Assembly: GCA_040752695.1 (NCBI GenBank)
Contig: JBFMGO010000043.1
Location: 1 to 40,785 of the forward strand
Origin: a bacterium
Lineage (GTDB): Bacteria > SZUA-182 > DTGQ01
Reading direction: 5' to 3'
DNA length: 40,785 nucleotides
Part shown: positions 35,101 through 40,538 of the stretch, in pieces
How positions within the stretch are numbered: position 1 is the stretch's first letter
Layout: each line of letters begins with the position of its first letter
Notes under the pieces: generated by a model
Databases searched by the model: none
The model's input: only the letters and a program-made list of their open reading frames with translations
Told to the model about the DNA's origin: nothing
Program-made: the position numbers and the translations under genes

Positions 35101-37887
35101 ATCCGGCTGCCAGATAAAGGTACGAGTGTTCGAATCAAAGTACGCGCCATCAGGCAAGTCACTCACTGAGTAGGTCAATATGTCACCGGGATCAGGGTCA
35201 TGACCACTTACAGCAAAGGAAAGAGATTCTCCCTCTGGCACTATCTTATCACCTATTGGATCGAGAACCGGCGGGGTATTCGAAGCAGGAGGAGCAGCAG
35301 CGGTCCTCGAGGCACTGATAAAATTAACTGAACAAGACCCAATGCTCATGTGCGCATGCGGTTGAAAGGTAACGGTTTTCCCGGACATTTCCATGGTAAC
35401 GGTAAAATAAACATCGCCTATGTAGGTATTGCCTGAATTTCTATTTATACTTAATGCCAGAACCTGCGAAGGTGAGGTATTTCTGAAACTTTCATTATCG
35501 TATATTAAATTCGACAGCATGCTATTGGTTTGCGAGACGCTGCCAACAACCTCCCCAGGCACTATAGGGGAATAAGAACCTAAGTTGCTCTTATATATGC
35601 CTAACCCAAATCCATCAACCGAAGAATTACTGGTAAACTTCAAACTATCGATATCAAAAGCTGTGATATTCTCATTACCGGTATTGACTATCAAGAGATA
35701 GCTATAAATTTGAGTAATTCCACATCCATTGCAGAGAGTGGCATTCATATTATCTATGTAAATAACTTCGTATGAGATATTGTTAAAAACGGTAATAGTT
35801 ATTTCCTCGCTGCAACTCATCTGAGGCTCACCACTATCGGTTACCGTAAAAGTGATGTGGTACTTATCGCCAGCATCTTCATAACCAGGCTGCCAGGTAA
35901 AGGTGCGGGTATTCGGATTAAAGCTTGCGCCAGAAGGGATGCCTGTAGCTGAATAGGTAAGGATGTCATTATCGTCCCGATCAAAAGCATTAATTGCAAA
36001 GGTAAGCACATCGCCATATTGCATTGCCTTATTGCCAATAGGATCAAGAAGTGGTGCATGATTCACCTGACTCCCTTGGCTAAATTTCTGTATCCTGTTG
36101 TTACCGCTATCAGCCACATATACATTACCGCCGCTATCTACGGCTACTCCTGAAGGTTGCCTAAATTGCCCATCCCCTGTGCCATAGCTTCCCCACTTGG
36201 CCATAAAAAACCCCTCAGAGCAGAACTTTTGTATCCGGTGATGTTCTATATGCTCGTAATCTTCAGTATCTGCCACGTATACATTGCCACCGCTATCTAC
36301 GGCTACTGCATAAGGACAGGCAAATTGTCTATCCCCAGATCCATAGCTTCCCCATTTTTTCAGAAAGACCCCCTCAGAGCTGAACTTTTGTATCCGATAG
36401 TTATAAGGGTCAGCCACATACACATTACCGCTGCTATCTACAGCTATGCCACGAGGGTACCTCAATTGTCCATCTTCTGATCCATTGCTTCCCCACTTGG
36501 CCAGAAAGACCCCCTCAGAGTTAAATTTCTGTACCCGATGGTTATAAGAGTCAACTACATATACATTATCGATGGTATCTACGGCTACTCCAGAAGGTCC
36601 TTGAAATTGTCCATCTCCCGATCCATAGCTTCCCCACTTGGCCAGAAAGACTCCCTCAGAGTCAAATTTCTGTATCCGATTATTGGAAGGGTCAGCCACA
36701 TACACATTACCGCTGCTGTCTACCGCGACACCACCAAGAGGATAACCAAATTGTCCATCTCCAGTGCCCTCACTTCCCCACTTGGTCACAAAGATCCCCT
36801 CAGAGTCAAATTTCTGTATCCGATAGTTCTCCTCATCAGCCACATACATATTCCCGCTGCTATCTATGGCTATTCCCTTTGGATTATTAAAATGTCCATC
36901 CCCTGATCCATTGCTTCCCCAGTTAGCCAAAAGGTCACCCTCAGAGCTGAACTTTTGTATCCGACGGTTATCGCTATCTGCCACATACACATTACCACCG
37001 TTATCTATAGCTATTTCATAAGGGTAGCCAAATTGTCCATCCCCTGTGCCATGGCTCCCCCACTTTTTGAGAAAGACACCCTCAGAGCTGAATTTGGATA
37101 CCCGCTGGTTGTTGGTCTCTACTACGTACACATTCCCGCTGTTGTCTACTGCTATGCCACGGGGGTAGCTCAATTGTCCATCCCCTGTGCCATTGCTCCC
37201 CCATTTTTTCAGAAAGACACCCTCAGAGTTGAATTTCTGTATCCGGTGGTTACTAGTTTCAGCTACATACACATTACCGCTGCTATCTACCGCTATTCCC
37301 CAGGGAGTACTAAACTGCCCATCCCCTGTGCCATTGCTCCCCCATTTTTTCAGAAAGACACCCTCGGAGTTGAATTTCTGTATCCGACGGTTATTGGTAT
37401 CTGCCACATACACATTACCACTGCTATCTACGGCTATTCCCCGTGCGGCATAAAATTGCCCGTCCCCTGCGCCATAGCTTCCCCATTTCTTCAAAAAGAC
37501 ACCCTCGGAGTTAAATTTTTGTATCCGTGCTCGACTACTGGCGTCTAGCACGTACACATTGCCGCTGCTATCTATGGCTATTCCGGAAGCCTGCCAAAAT
37601 TGGCCGTCTTCTGTTCCAAAGCTTCCCCATTCGGTAAGCAGGGTACCCTCAGCGTCAAATTTCTGTATCCGACACCCACTAACGATTACGTACATATTCT
37701 CACTGCTATCTATTGCTACACCACCAAGAGAGTCAAAGTACCATGCCTTACCAGGTATCTTACTGACAAACTCTATCTGCGCTCCAGCCATGCCAAAAGT
37801 CTTAAACAGAACTATCACAGGTACAATACAAAGAATATATAATCTTACTCTTTCCCTGAGACTGAATTTAGAGAAAAACCCTTTCAT
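20188..37887 (-). CDS. Giant 5899-aa secreted surface/adhesin-like mosaic protein
   Basis: Uninterrupted 17.7-kb ORF with signal peptide. Order: 12 NHL, Ig, insert, Ig, 12 NHL, Cys-rich mini-domain, Ig, 8 SbsA-Ig, 13 CARDB, PPC, IPT-like, conserved linker domain, 9 carboxypeptidase-regulatory-like repeats, unique helical region, InlB B-repeat-like domain. Confidence 0.95.
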   Translation of the reverse strand: MKGFFSKFSLRERVRLYILCIVPVIVLFKTFGMAGAQIEFVSKIPGKAWYFDSLGGVAIDSSENMYVIVSGCRIQKFDAEGTLLTEWGSFGTEDGQFWQASGIAIDSSGNVYVLDASSRARIQKFNSEGVFLKKWGSYGAGDGQFYAARGIAVDSSGNVYVADTNNRRIQKFNSEGVFLKKWGSNGTGDGQFSTPWGIAVDSSGNVYVAETSNHRIQKFNSEGVFLKKWGSNGTGDGQLSYPRGIAVDNSGNVYVVETNNQRVSKFSSEGVFLKKWGSHGTGDGQFGYPYEIAIDNGGNVYVADSDNRRIQKFSSEGDLLANWGSNGSGDGHFNNPKGIAIDSSGNMYVADEENYRIQKFDSEGIFVTKWGSEGTGDGQFGYPLGGVAVDSSGNVYVADPSNNRIQKFDSEGVFLAKWGSYGSGDGQFQGPSGVAVDTIDNVYVVDSYNHRVQKFNSEGVFLAKWGSNGSEDGQLRYPRGIAVDSSGNVYVADPYNYRIQKFSSEGVFLKKWGSYGSGDRQFACPYAVAVDSGGNVYVADTEDYEHIEHHRIQKFCSEGFFMAKWGSYGTGDGQFRQPSGVAVDSGGNVYVADSGNNRIQKFSQGSQVNHAPLLDPIGNKAMQYGDVLTFAINAFDRDDNDILTYSATGIPSGASFNPNTRTFTWQPGYEDAGDKYHITFTVTDSGEPQMSCSEEITITVFNNISYEVIYIDNMNATLCNGCGITQIYSYLLIVNTGNENITAFDIDSLKFTSNSSVDGFGLGIYKSNLGSYSPIVPGEVVGSVSQTNSMLSNLIYDNESFRNTSPSQVLALSINRNSGNTYIGDVYFTVTMEMSGKTVTFQPHAHMSIGSCSVNFISASRTAAAPPASNTPPVLDPIGDKIVPEGESLSFAVSGHDPDPGDILTYSVSDLPDGAYFDSNTRTFIWQPDNGDSGVYHLTFTVTDDGEPQMSDSEEITITVIKAEPQMEFVWKIPSIAWHFNSPIGVAVDSSGNVYVVDSANSRVQKFSPEGVLLVKWGSNGSGDGQFFIPTGIAVDSSGNVYVADRVKHLIQKFSSEGIFLAKWGSEGSGDGQFFSPNGIAIDNSGNVYVADSDNHRIQKFSSEGVFLAKWGSNGSGDGQSSWPTGIAVDSSGNVYVADSDNHRIQKFSSEGVFLAKWGSNGSGDGQFSWPYGIAIDSSGNVYVADSDNNRVQKFSSEGVFLAKWGSNGSGDGQFSYPTDIAVDSSGNVYVADNSNDRIQKFSSEGVFLAKWGSRGSGNEQFSWPCGIAVDSSGNVYVADSDNNRVQKFSSEGVFLAKWGSKGSGDGQFCSPNGMAIDSNGNVYVADTGNHRIQKFSSEGVFLAKWGSNGSGDGQFSYPNGIAVDSSGNVYVADTGNHRIQKFSSEGVFLAKWGSNGSGDGQFYSPNGIAIDSSGNVYVVDIGSHRIQKFSSEGVFLAKWRSEESGDGQIYSPNGIAVDSSGNVYVAEDAYNRIQKFSSEGVLLTKWGSSGSGDGQFKSPRGIAVDSSGNVYVADTWNHRIQKFTPASSEPTHWEFIHGSSCLEYCRERGMACYQAGRDFDDTCPPVEFADCDEYMGDGCCWCTDEANRAPILDPIGNKVVKDGDTLTFTVTASDPDVHDTLTYSATGVPSGASFDPGTRTFTWQPGYEDAGEYLITFTVTDDGEPQMSDSEEVTITVDVKGPQVVSCSPSGRLSPPVDHMEISFNESIDLDSLAIEDISITGPGGVIVPDSITQLDDPDDPARFRIDFPEQRLAGQYQVIIGPQILDLAGNLMNQDNDSIDGEAEEDRFAAGVTILAGLRIVSHTPAEDQPHSVNLMTFTFSQGINEATFLQDDIIMINPAGEQVLVINGPTLVEGTTYQAVFAEQGMPGTYRVLIGPFIENLDGLPMDQDRDGVIGEEQDDRYDASFIIIDVSGPRVLSLSPSGNVKPPVNSLDIVFNEEIDPVSFEAGDLLITGPGGTITPTAITRLGAASFRAAVPDRRLAGVYQVNIGPQITDLAHNPMDQDEDRTNGEEVEDQYVTIFTIMAGPRITDHTPREDQIPPVSRFTLAFSQEINPATFTADDIVITGPAGSVSITDGPAWIEGTIWQTGFAEQTIAGTYHITIGPGIENMAGVNMDQDQDGLLEEEIDDRYHFSFKIKDIIGPHVVSSSPSGNVSPAISFFDMIFDEPVDPESFTLEDVSISGPGGIIIPGSITQLDPVSFRINFPAQTFAGAYRLVIGPQITDLSANPMDQDRDHSNGEQGEDLYTATFSILPSLKVSGHSPSGDQILPVNIMTITFSQEIKAGTFTSADIGITGPAGPIQLTSGPTRIDSTTYRIGFTEQRNIGIYHVYIGPQIESMDGLLIDQDGDCITGEPEEDRYDAWFKIIDAAGPQVVAHSPSGRVKPPISSFDVTFNEAINPSSFIAEYVSIAGPTGGGITPESITPVDGAEQKKFTVAFSPQESEGTYRFIIGAQVLDLAGNPLNQDQDGINGEPYDDRYVGSFSLDGAGPKITGHSLSGIQNVPVQTFDLTFSEAIKPATFIKEAVTVTGPAGKVAISEVKPNPADSTTVFQVKLTPSLTDGTYHVAIAPTIQDIAGNLLDQDQDGSQGEADDDVYSFDFIQQLPDLVVTRIVHPAEGRAARQIDITWTVTNNGIGKAIGQWTDSVYISGDSKYSTDDAQIGEAQFNQSVDPGKTYTRTITITLPDGINGQRWIIVKANSQGISGGLAEQGAGSNNTLVATPPLWITTRPYPDLQVTSVTVPGTLSAGGKATFSWTVENKGNGATSSACWYDKLYLSSDTTINTWDIEVAALRNAEFLAPGEAYTQTQEVTIPGSAPKGSYYVLVKTDADDKVEEFDGENNNVGQSSYKAEVTIPPSSPPYLKVDYFHVPPKVKSGETITVEWKISNTGTQATQYIKGHDITISSDTIYSWTGDTPLKRTWESYPSIPPGGSQTGSVSVSLPSQYAGKYYLFFIPDTRGGGSNVSGKDYGMAEIEIVPPDPPDISISSANIPATAISGQQMKVNWIVKNIGAGSTRSSTWNDAVYLSTDQILEGSDQELGISAHTGVLKASQGYEVTEFPVKVPAGMEGNYYILIKTDKNNSVWENNKDNNVRVSDTPVTISLVRSDLQVETATSSTAGIAGQLITVQWTVINAGPETTAIGNWLDKVYLSRDETLNTQSDKLLGSVPQSNALDPAHTYSRSQDFQLTQGIEGAYYIIIAADADDNLYEYNAENNNTFCIPSAIEVSDPAADLRVESFTVPATGITGQNVQVNWSVTNSGTAAAAGKWKDAVYLSKDTIFDSSDKLLTPSFEHSESVQPGGSYGHGIQREVRVPDSVEGTCYLFLVIDKDNTVYEKAGGEANNISEPQAITLTDVAADLRVESFTASSTGIAGQTIQVDWRVSNLGTVAAQAPWKDAVYLSEDDSLDTNSDTLLRTFVRSVSLAKDAGYGPDAPGEVRLPSNIGGPRYLFFVTDVDKNVYEKESGEANNISSPHVITLINQAADLKVESFTVPPAGIAGQTIQVNWSISNQGTASAVAPWQDKIYLSGDNSLDPALDTLVATFDHMESLATGASYGPPAAPHELLIPALPEHREGEYYLFFCTDADKSVYEKGIEENNVSVPQLITLSEKAADLQVQTASAPANAIANEIIAVSWTITNRGDAPAKGWKDAVYLSEDTVFDPKKDRLCGMFEQTGTLEAGQITGPPIQPAFIRIPDRLTGTYHLLVVTDDRNSVYEKGSGEGNNIFLIPQAIEIALQPADLQVTEVNAPLTAKAGSAITIGWTVMNKGNRDTDETFWKDGVYLSKDKTFDPASDINLGLVSRSGALATGASYSQSESFVVRQDVSGPYHVYVVTDAIHQVFEYDKEDNNTSSSPGTVQVTGVRADLVVSHLTVPTGGCQGQSIEITWTVTNAGPDSTLGNSWDDTVYLSSDNVPDAQDVRMDFKHQGSLAGGASYSVTRSIPLPKDRAGNIQVIVKTDSGKFNDIYEYEGEENNTACASLTVNPAPTPDLRVTTIVLPETAWSGQGIRIEWTVTNEGTVSTSAKDGFWDDTVYLSRDPYLDSSSDLSLGNTRHKGELAAGGTYTQSLEPKLPGWAAGPYYVIVTTDSGTPGHVVEGEKENNNSTVSCSTVEVNLTPPADLVVTSISPPGSGIYGQAATWTYEVKNQGSQDAVGAWYDTLYLSSDQEWNLGDQRIARVFHSADDGDVPQGQSYTKTITADIPAVMPGIYSVLASTDIFDDVRETDEENNTAVSLGQITVIGRELALNMTETGTIAKGQSLYYQITAEAGQDLIITLAGAARENAELYAAYGKIPTRSSYDTKGEKDPSGNLVDRILGARAGVYYILIYGYNCPASPPAYELRAVLPDHSISGLSISEAGNAGKVTVGISGFNFAPGSTVFLKDTAGNIVDTGVVTFKDTGFLLVTFDLTGKPAGSYRIELINPDGSVCSKELNVVQGKGGELYSRLVMPNLVRPGRPYTLTLDYGNIGDADIPAPLMVVTGGQGSFLRLFSTEAFHQNPVQVLGVAKENPVDVLPPGSTYSIEMEFKIDNTLNVPIYLNIVDQLDEPIDWSKVDATLKPKSMDEETWKPIWENIQSQLGNTWGSYIQVLREDARRLALYGERIYDVRKLFGLEVNIAYGGHRGAISGVVYESDSHTPVAGVTIFAYQPGGTGYARAVTNMNGTYLLTGLPEGHYELEVEGYLVDEGASAEVQGDKDCLDHVVYVSPGGEISGYVKDSGIPIKDALISARGKNTGTFATGRTDDEGYYNLKGLPQDVYTVEARVEGYMEEQKPAFFLAKGEMRSDVLFDLVKGAEISGKVTDEGGHPIEGAYVMATRVESGEVASAMTDENGVYKVSELAGGDWEVFASAEGFLKSKVTIVNVVVSGSATQDFSLVLGASVSGMVVDSNGKPIVGAAVFAQGPNNSMGIAATNESGYFQIVGLYEGIHTIRVEVGGFIPSIYESTSLVLGQVLAGMNFQLRDGVSVKGLVTEPDSTTPVSGASITFKSNSGAIYTLTSEGNGIFIGDQFAPDVYSLSVEAEGYCTAQRIIKVPVSGIADGLVISLTKGISLSGTITAADKVTPLSNTWITLKTSNGVSIAEDLTGDDGKYKFINIPPADYSVSARHESYSFKTQQLEGSGGGTFNLDFIAASGALNGIIRNAETGEPIADALVTVILKDSGSRGLYAITQGDGKYNFSSFVTGEYWIVVQAAGFACTTMSTSIREEETIAVDVNVSSGISLSGMVNDEANGQPIPSAIVSLVSTHAGTDDPGLRVTTDDAGNYLIEGIQPGTWEALVQAPGYTPLKTSLTIESSMNYTFVLDKEGFSISVNTVDESTGLPIAEVEVLIYSGNTALYNGLSNSVGVFTSGPLKDGTYSIQACRGIAKSTITILIEDNTELSIPLNTALLAPGPAWIADDNSGLATIYRMRISMEQLPDHGKIEKIKLGYLDQTLNTLPYYNAMPLSDKIWPDTWKSIGCESKYREVLGKLIPQFCKKLEPTSLLWDKYISLVKTFDHSYDLVRPDDSQLDSSHYFGSFYYHSGDYQYVLENYDSFSKFNWQVKFKNKWKITPLPYPTEDLGTDTYNAINQLGIDIRTEIALAKGEWALKVISKLAQVYLSYQPFGWAIDCIGPAGDVLYTVYRGHILTKEKRKIYTTLSKEEEKFFNAEKNTRESLEKLKNNYSANKDGNINNEYIKVVAEEKENLKNLKTAITELSKAVGEIVIATGEEEIRYTIKRRACRGISGTVFEFQTLLSIVDTFYQGMEDYYNNLQSIKIKIDKCNNSSALFWKRWNNYVAQYEEYKNINRPCYIARLYGGDGGSVPVYIKERTVPEAIYDDRTDMVYFEGDEIEFNAEPEEGYQFDHWQGPSVTDGIIKPDLQKQVILVTKDISATAIFRRNDESKIDGNPTPSNDLCIVE
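21745..24015 (-). repeat. Nine carboxypeptidase-regulatory-like (Cna-B/transthyretin-like) repeats; approximate limits
   Basis: Recurring ISGxVxD...PIxGAxV...TDxxGxY motifs. Confidence 0.8.
25180..30065 (-). repeat. Thirteen CARDB domains; approximate limits
   Basis: Recurring (P/A)DLxV...WTVxNxG...WxDxVYLSxD...ExxExNN; the third copy is divergent. Confidence 0.85.
30075..32845 (-). repeat. Eight SbsA-type Ig-like domains with DQDxDG loops, alternating two subtypes; approximate limits
   Basis: GPxVxxxSPSG and xxHTPxxDQ starts alternate; each domain has an IxDLAGN-type motif and an acidic DQDxDG loop. Confidence 0.8.
33315..34950 (-). repeat. NHL block 2: 12 near-identical 141-bp (47-aa) repeats
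   Basis: Twelve (R/L)(I/V)QKF motifs; DNA units such as cacattcccgctgctgtcta recur almost verbatim. Confidence 0.95.
36080..37735 (-). repeat. NHL block 1: 12 repeats of about 47 aa
   Basis: Twelve R(I/V)(Q/S)KF motifs with GIAVDSSGNVYVAD cores. Confidence 0.95.
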
Positions 37888-38644
37888 CTTCTTCTCTCTC
37901 CTTGCTTGGTAGTTGCAGGCTTAACCATGATGTAAGGTGCCCACTTTGCCTGATTATCTCCGCCGGATTATCGCCTCTGGCGTCTTAGTACAGGCCGCAT
38001 TCGATACGCGGACAGATAGACCGCCATCCACACAGCACGCTACTTGTCATTCTGTCCACTATTCTGTCCGCTATAGGGGCAGAAACAACCGGACGCCTAC
38101 CCGCGTGGCCTGGCCTGTACTTGGAGTATCCGCCTTGTTATCTTTGAGACCTCGTGGTAACGTAGGTACATGAATTGCGGTACTCCTTTCCCGACTCCAG
38201 TGATAATCAGCAATATTTAAGGCCATGACTGGTATATATTTTGTTCCTTATGAATAAGAGACCTTGAACCTATTCACCCTTTGACAACCCGAGTGATCGA
38301 CCTGAGTGAAGGATTCAACCTTTTGAATATAAAAATTCCTTGTTGCTTCGCTTTTTGGAGAGGTCATGAGTACTTCAGCGAGACTTCCTTTGGGATCTTT
38401 CCCTGGAGCGACCTCTCAACTTTAATACTGGTACAGCGAGACTTTCAATACGCCGCCTCTCCATGAGAGTTTGGGTGATGTCTCGCTGTAGTATTAAGAA
38501 GGATAAATTTTACCTTGATGATATCTTTTATTTCAATTATCCGCCAATCGGAGAGGTTCCTTATGAGTAGTACTTCCCATAATCAAGGAGATAAATACAA
38601 TTATTGTCGAGGCAATTCAGCATCATCAAGACGGTCTGGCTCAT

Positions 38645-38673
38645 TTGACATTGTTAAGTCAGCGCTATATCTT
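38645..38673 (+). promoter_or_regulatory. Putative sigma70 promoter upstream of the SagB-like gene
   Basis: TTGACA-17 nt-TATCTT. Confidence 0.45.
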
Positions 38674-38956
38674 TAATGCATTTTTTATTCCAAAATATAA
38701 GTCATTGATAATTAATGAAATTATTTTCGTTACCATCTTTCATTAATTGTAGCTTTTAACTACATTATTTTTTTAAACTTTATATAAACATTACCTAATT
38801 GTTTGATGTCTAAATATATAATCAATCAATTAATAATTTGTAGTGAGATGCTACACTTCAGACATGAAAGAGAATAAAATAAGGCTGGCTTCCCAACATT
38901 GGTGCTCTATAATCCACAGTCCCGCTTTAACATACAGATTAGAAGGAGAATCGATT

Positions 38957-39787
38957 ATGAAAACTGCTGCCTTTAGGTTTTTCTTTACCATCTTCCTTTT
39001 CATAATAGGGCATTGGCTTTTTGGATCTTTTTCACGACTGGGTAAAAGTTCAGCTTACCCATCCAGATCAACTTCTTCGGTTTTTGCTATGGCCGGGACT
39101 TCACCAAAGCCTGCCAATCCTGGCCATAACGACGATACTGATCAAAATAGCGATACCGGTCAAAATAACGATACCGGCCATAACAAGATCAAACTCCCTG
39201 TTCCCCGCTGCCAGGGGTCAATTTCTGTGGAGGAAGCGATCAAGCTGAGGAGGACTAGAAGGAGTTTCCTCACTGCACCCTTGTCAAAGCAGCAACTTTC
39301 ACAGATACTCTGGGCAGCTATGGGAATTACCGAAGAGGGTGGAGAGAAAAGATCGGTTCCATCAGCCGGAGCACTCAACCCGCTGGACATTTTTATTGTG
39401 GTGGGGAAAAAGGGGATCACCCAGATGGAGGAAGGAGTTTATCATTATCACCCCACCGATCACCAGCTTATCAGGGTCGGTTCCAGAGATCTGCGAAAAC
39501 AGATTGCCGAGGGTGCTCTTGGCCAGAGCTGGATTTCCCAGACACCGGTGGTTATCGTTATTACTGGTGAATATGTCAGAACCACAAGGAAATATGGGGA
39601 GAGAGGGATTCGCTATGTCCATATGGAAGCAGGTCATGTTGCGCAAAATATATTTCTTCAGTCAGTGGCACTTGAGCTTGGAGCCGGTATTGTCGGCGCT
39701 TTTGACGACGAAAAGATCAAGAGCGGCATGAACCTCCCCGACAATTATAATCCGTTACTGATAATGCCGGTTGGGAAGGTGAAGTAA
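38957..39787 (+). CDS. SagB/ThcOx-family nitroreductase-fold dehydrogenase with N-terminal signal/TM segment
   Basis: Motifs RRTRRSF, LSQILWAAMG, RSVPSAGALNP, KYGERGIRYVHMEAGHVAQN, VGAFDD; AAGGAG RBS before ATG 38957. Confidence 0.9.
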   Translation: MKTAAFRFFFTIFLFIIGHWLFGSFSRLGKSSAYPSRSTSSVFAMAGTSPKPANPGHNDDTDQNSDTGQNNDTGHNKIKLPVPRCQGSISVEEAIKLRRTRRSFLTAPLSKQQLSQILWAAMGITEEGGEKRSVPSAGALNPLDIFIVVGKKGITQMEEGVYHYHPTDHQLIRVGSRDLRKQIAEGALGQSWISQTPVVIVITGEYVRTTRKYGERGIRYVHMEAGHVAQNIFLQSVALELGAGIVGAFDDEKIKSGMNLPDNYNPLLIMPVGKVK

Positions 39788-40500
39788 AGTGAGAAATAAA
39801 GTGATCTTATGGATATATTCCCCAATTACAGGTTATGTTTATGTTATTAGCCTTTGATTTCCCGCTATTATTTTTCAGGGAATTTTTGGATATGCCCAGT
39901 GAAATCCTCCTGGCTATACGGGTATTCGTTTCAAGAGCATAGGTGAATTTTGCGGTAAGCCTTACATCGGGAAGAGAAGTTTGCAATCTGTTCTGAACGG
40001 ATCACCGTTTGTTGACCTGCCATCGTTCCCACTTTTGACTTACCCAGCTTGCAGCCACAACATCCGGTAAGGGCTGTTTTTCCTGCCTAACAGCCAGCGT
40101 AATTAATAAACAAATCGACCGTCTAGCAAAGGAATTGTGAAAGATACCGATATATCTTATCCATATGTGGAGAGAAAGTGAGGAGGATAAGAAAGAGAAT
40201 GAAAAAATCAAACATGGAAAGCAAGTTGTATTCTCTTTTAGAAGCTCTGGACATGCGTCCTAAAAGCTCAACCGGAAACCAGACGACAATGAATAGGGAA
40301 AGGAATCGACCTATTACAAATTCTTTTTACCAGCCCAAAAAGTGTGACCACCAGTGCATCGATTGTTTTTTAATCTTTTGTCAAAGAGAACAACCTGCCT
40401 TAAGTGTCTGCTCATAAAGGAAATACGGCGAGGCTTCTTCATGGATCACACGTACTCATGGGATAGCAATTCGCCGTTTATCGGATATGGACAGTAATAA

Positions 40501-40538
40501 GTAAGCTCCTTCCCCCCATAAAGAGGGAGGGAGCTTGC
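40501..40538. terminator. Hairpin, possible terminator
   Basis: aagctccttccc pairs with gggagggagctt. Confidence 0.4.

Noticed and set aside
33923..37912. Repetitive plus-strand ORFs over the NHL blocks
   Set aside because: Antisense shadows of the 141-bp repeats.
38957..39787. Azole-RiPP (TOMM) cluster
   Set aside because: No YcaO, E1-like protein or precursor in the window; stand-alone SagB-like genes are common.
40002..40417. Short ORFs near the right end
   Set aside because: No recognisable motifs, they overlap on opposite strands, and they have no convincing coding signal.
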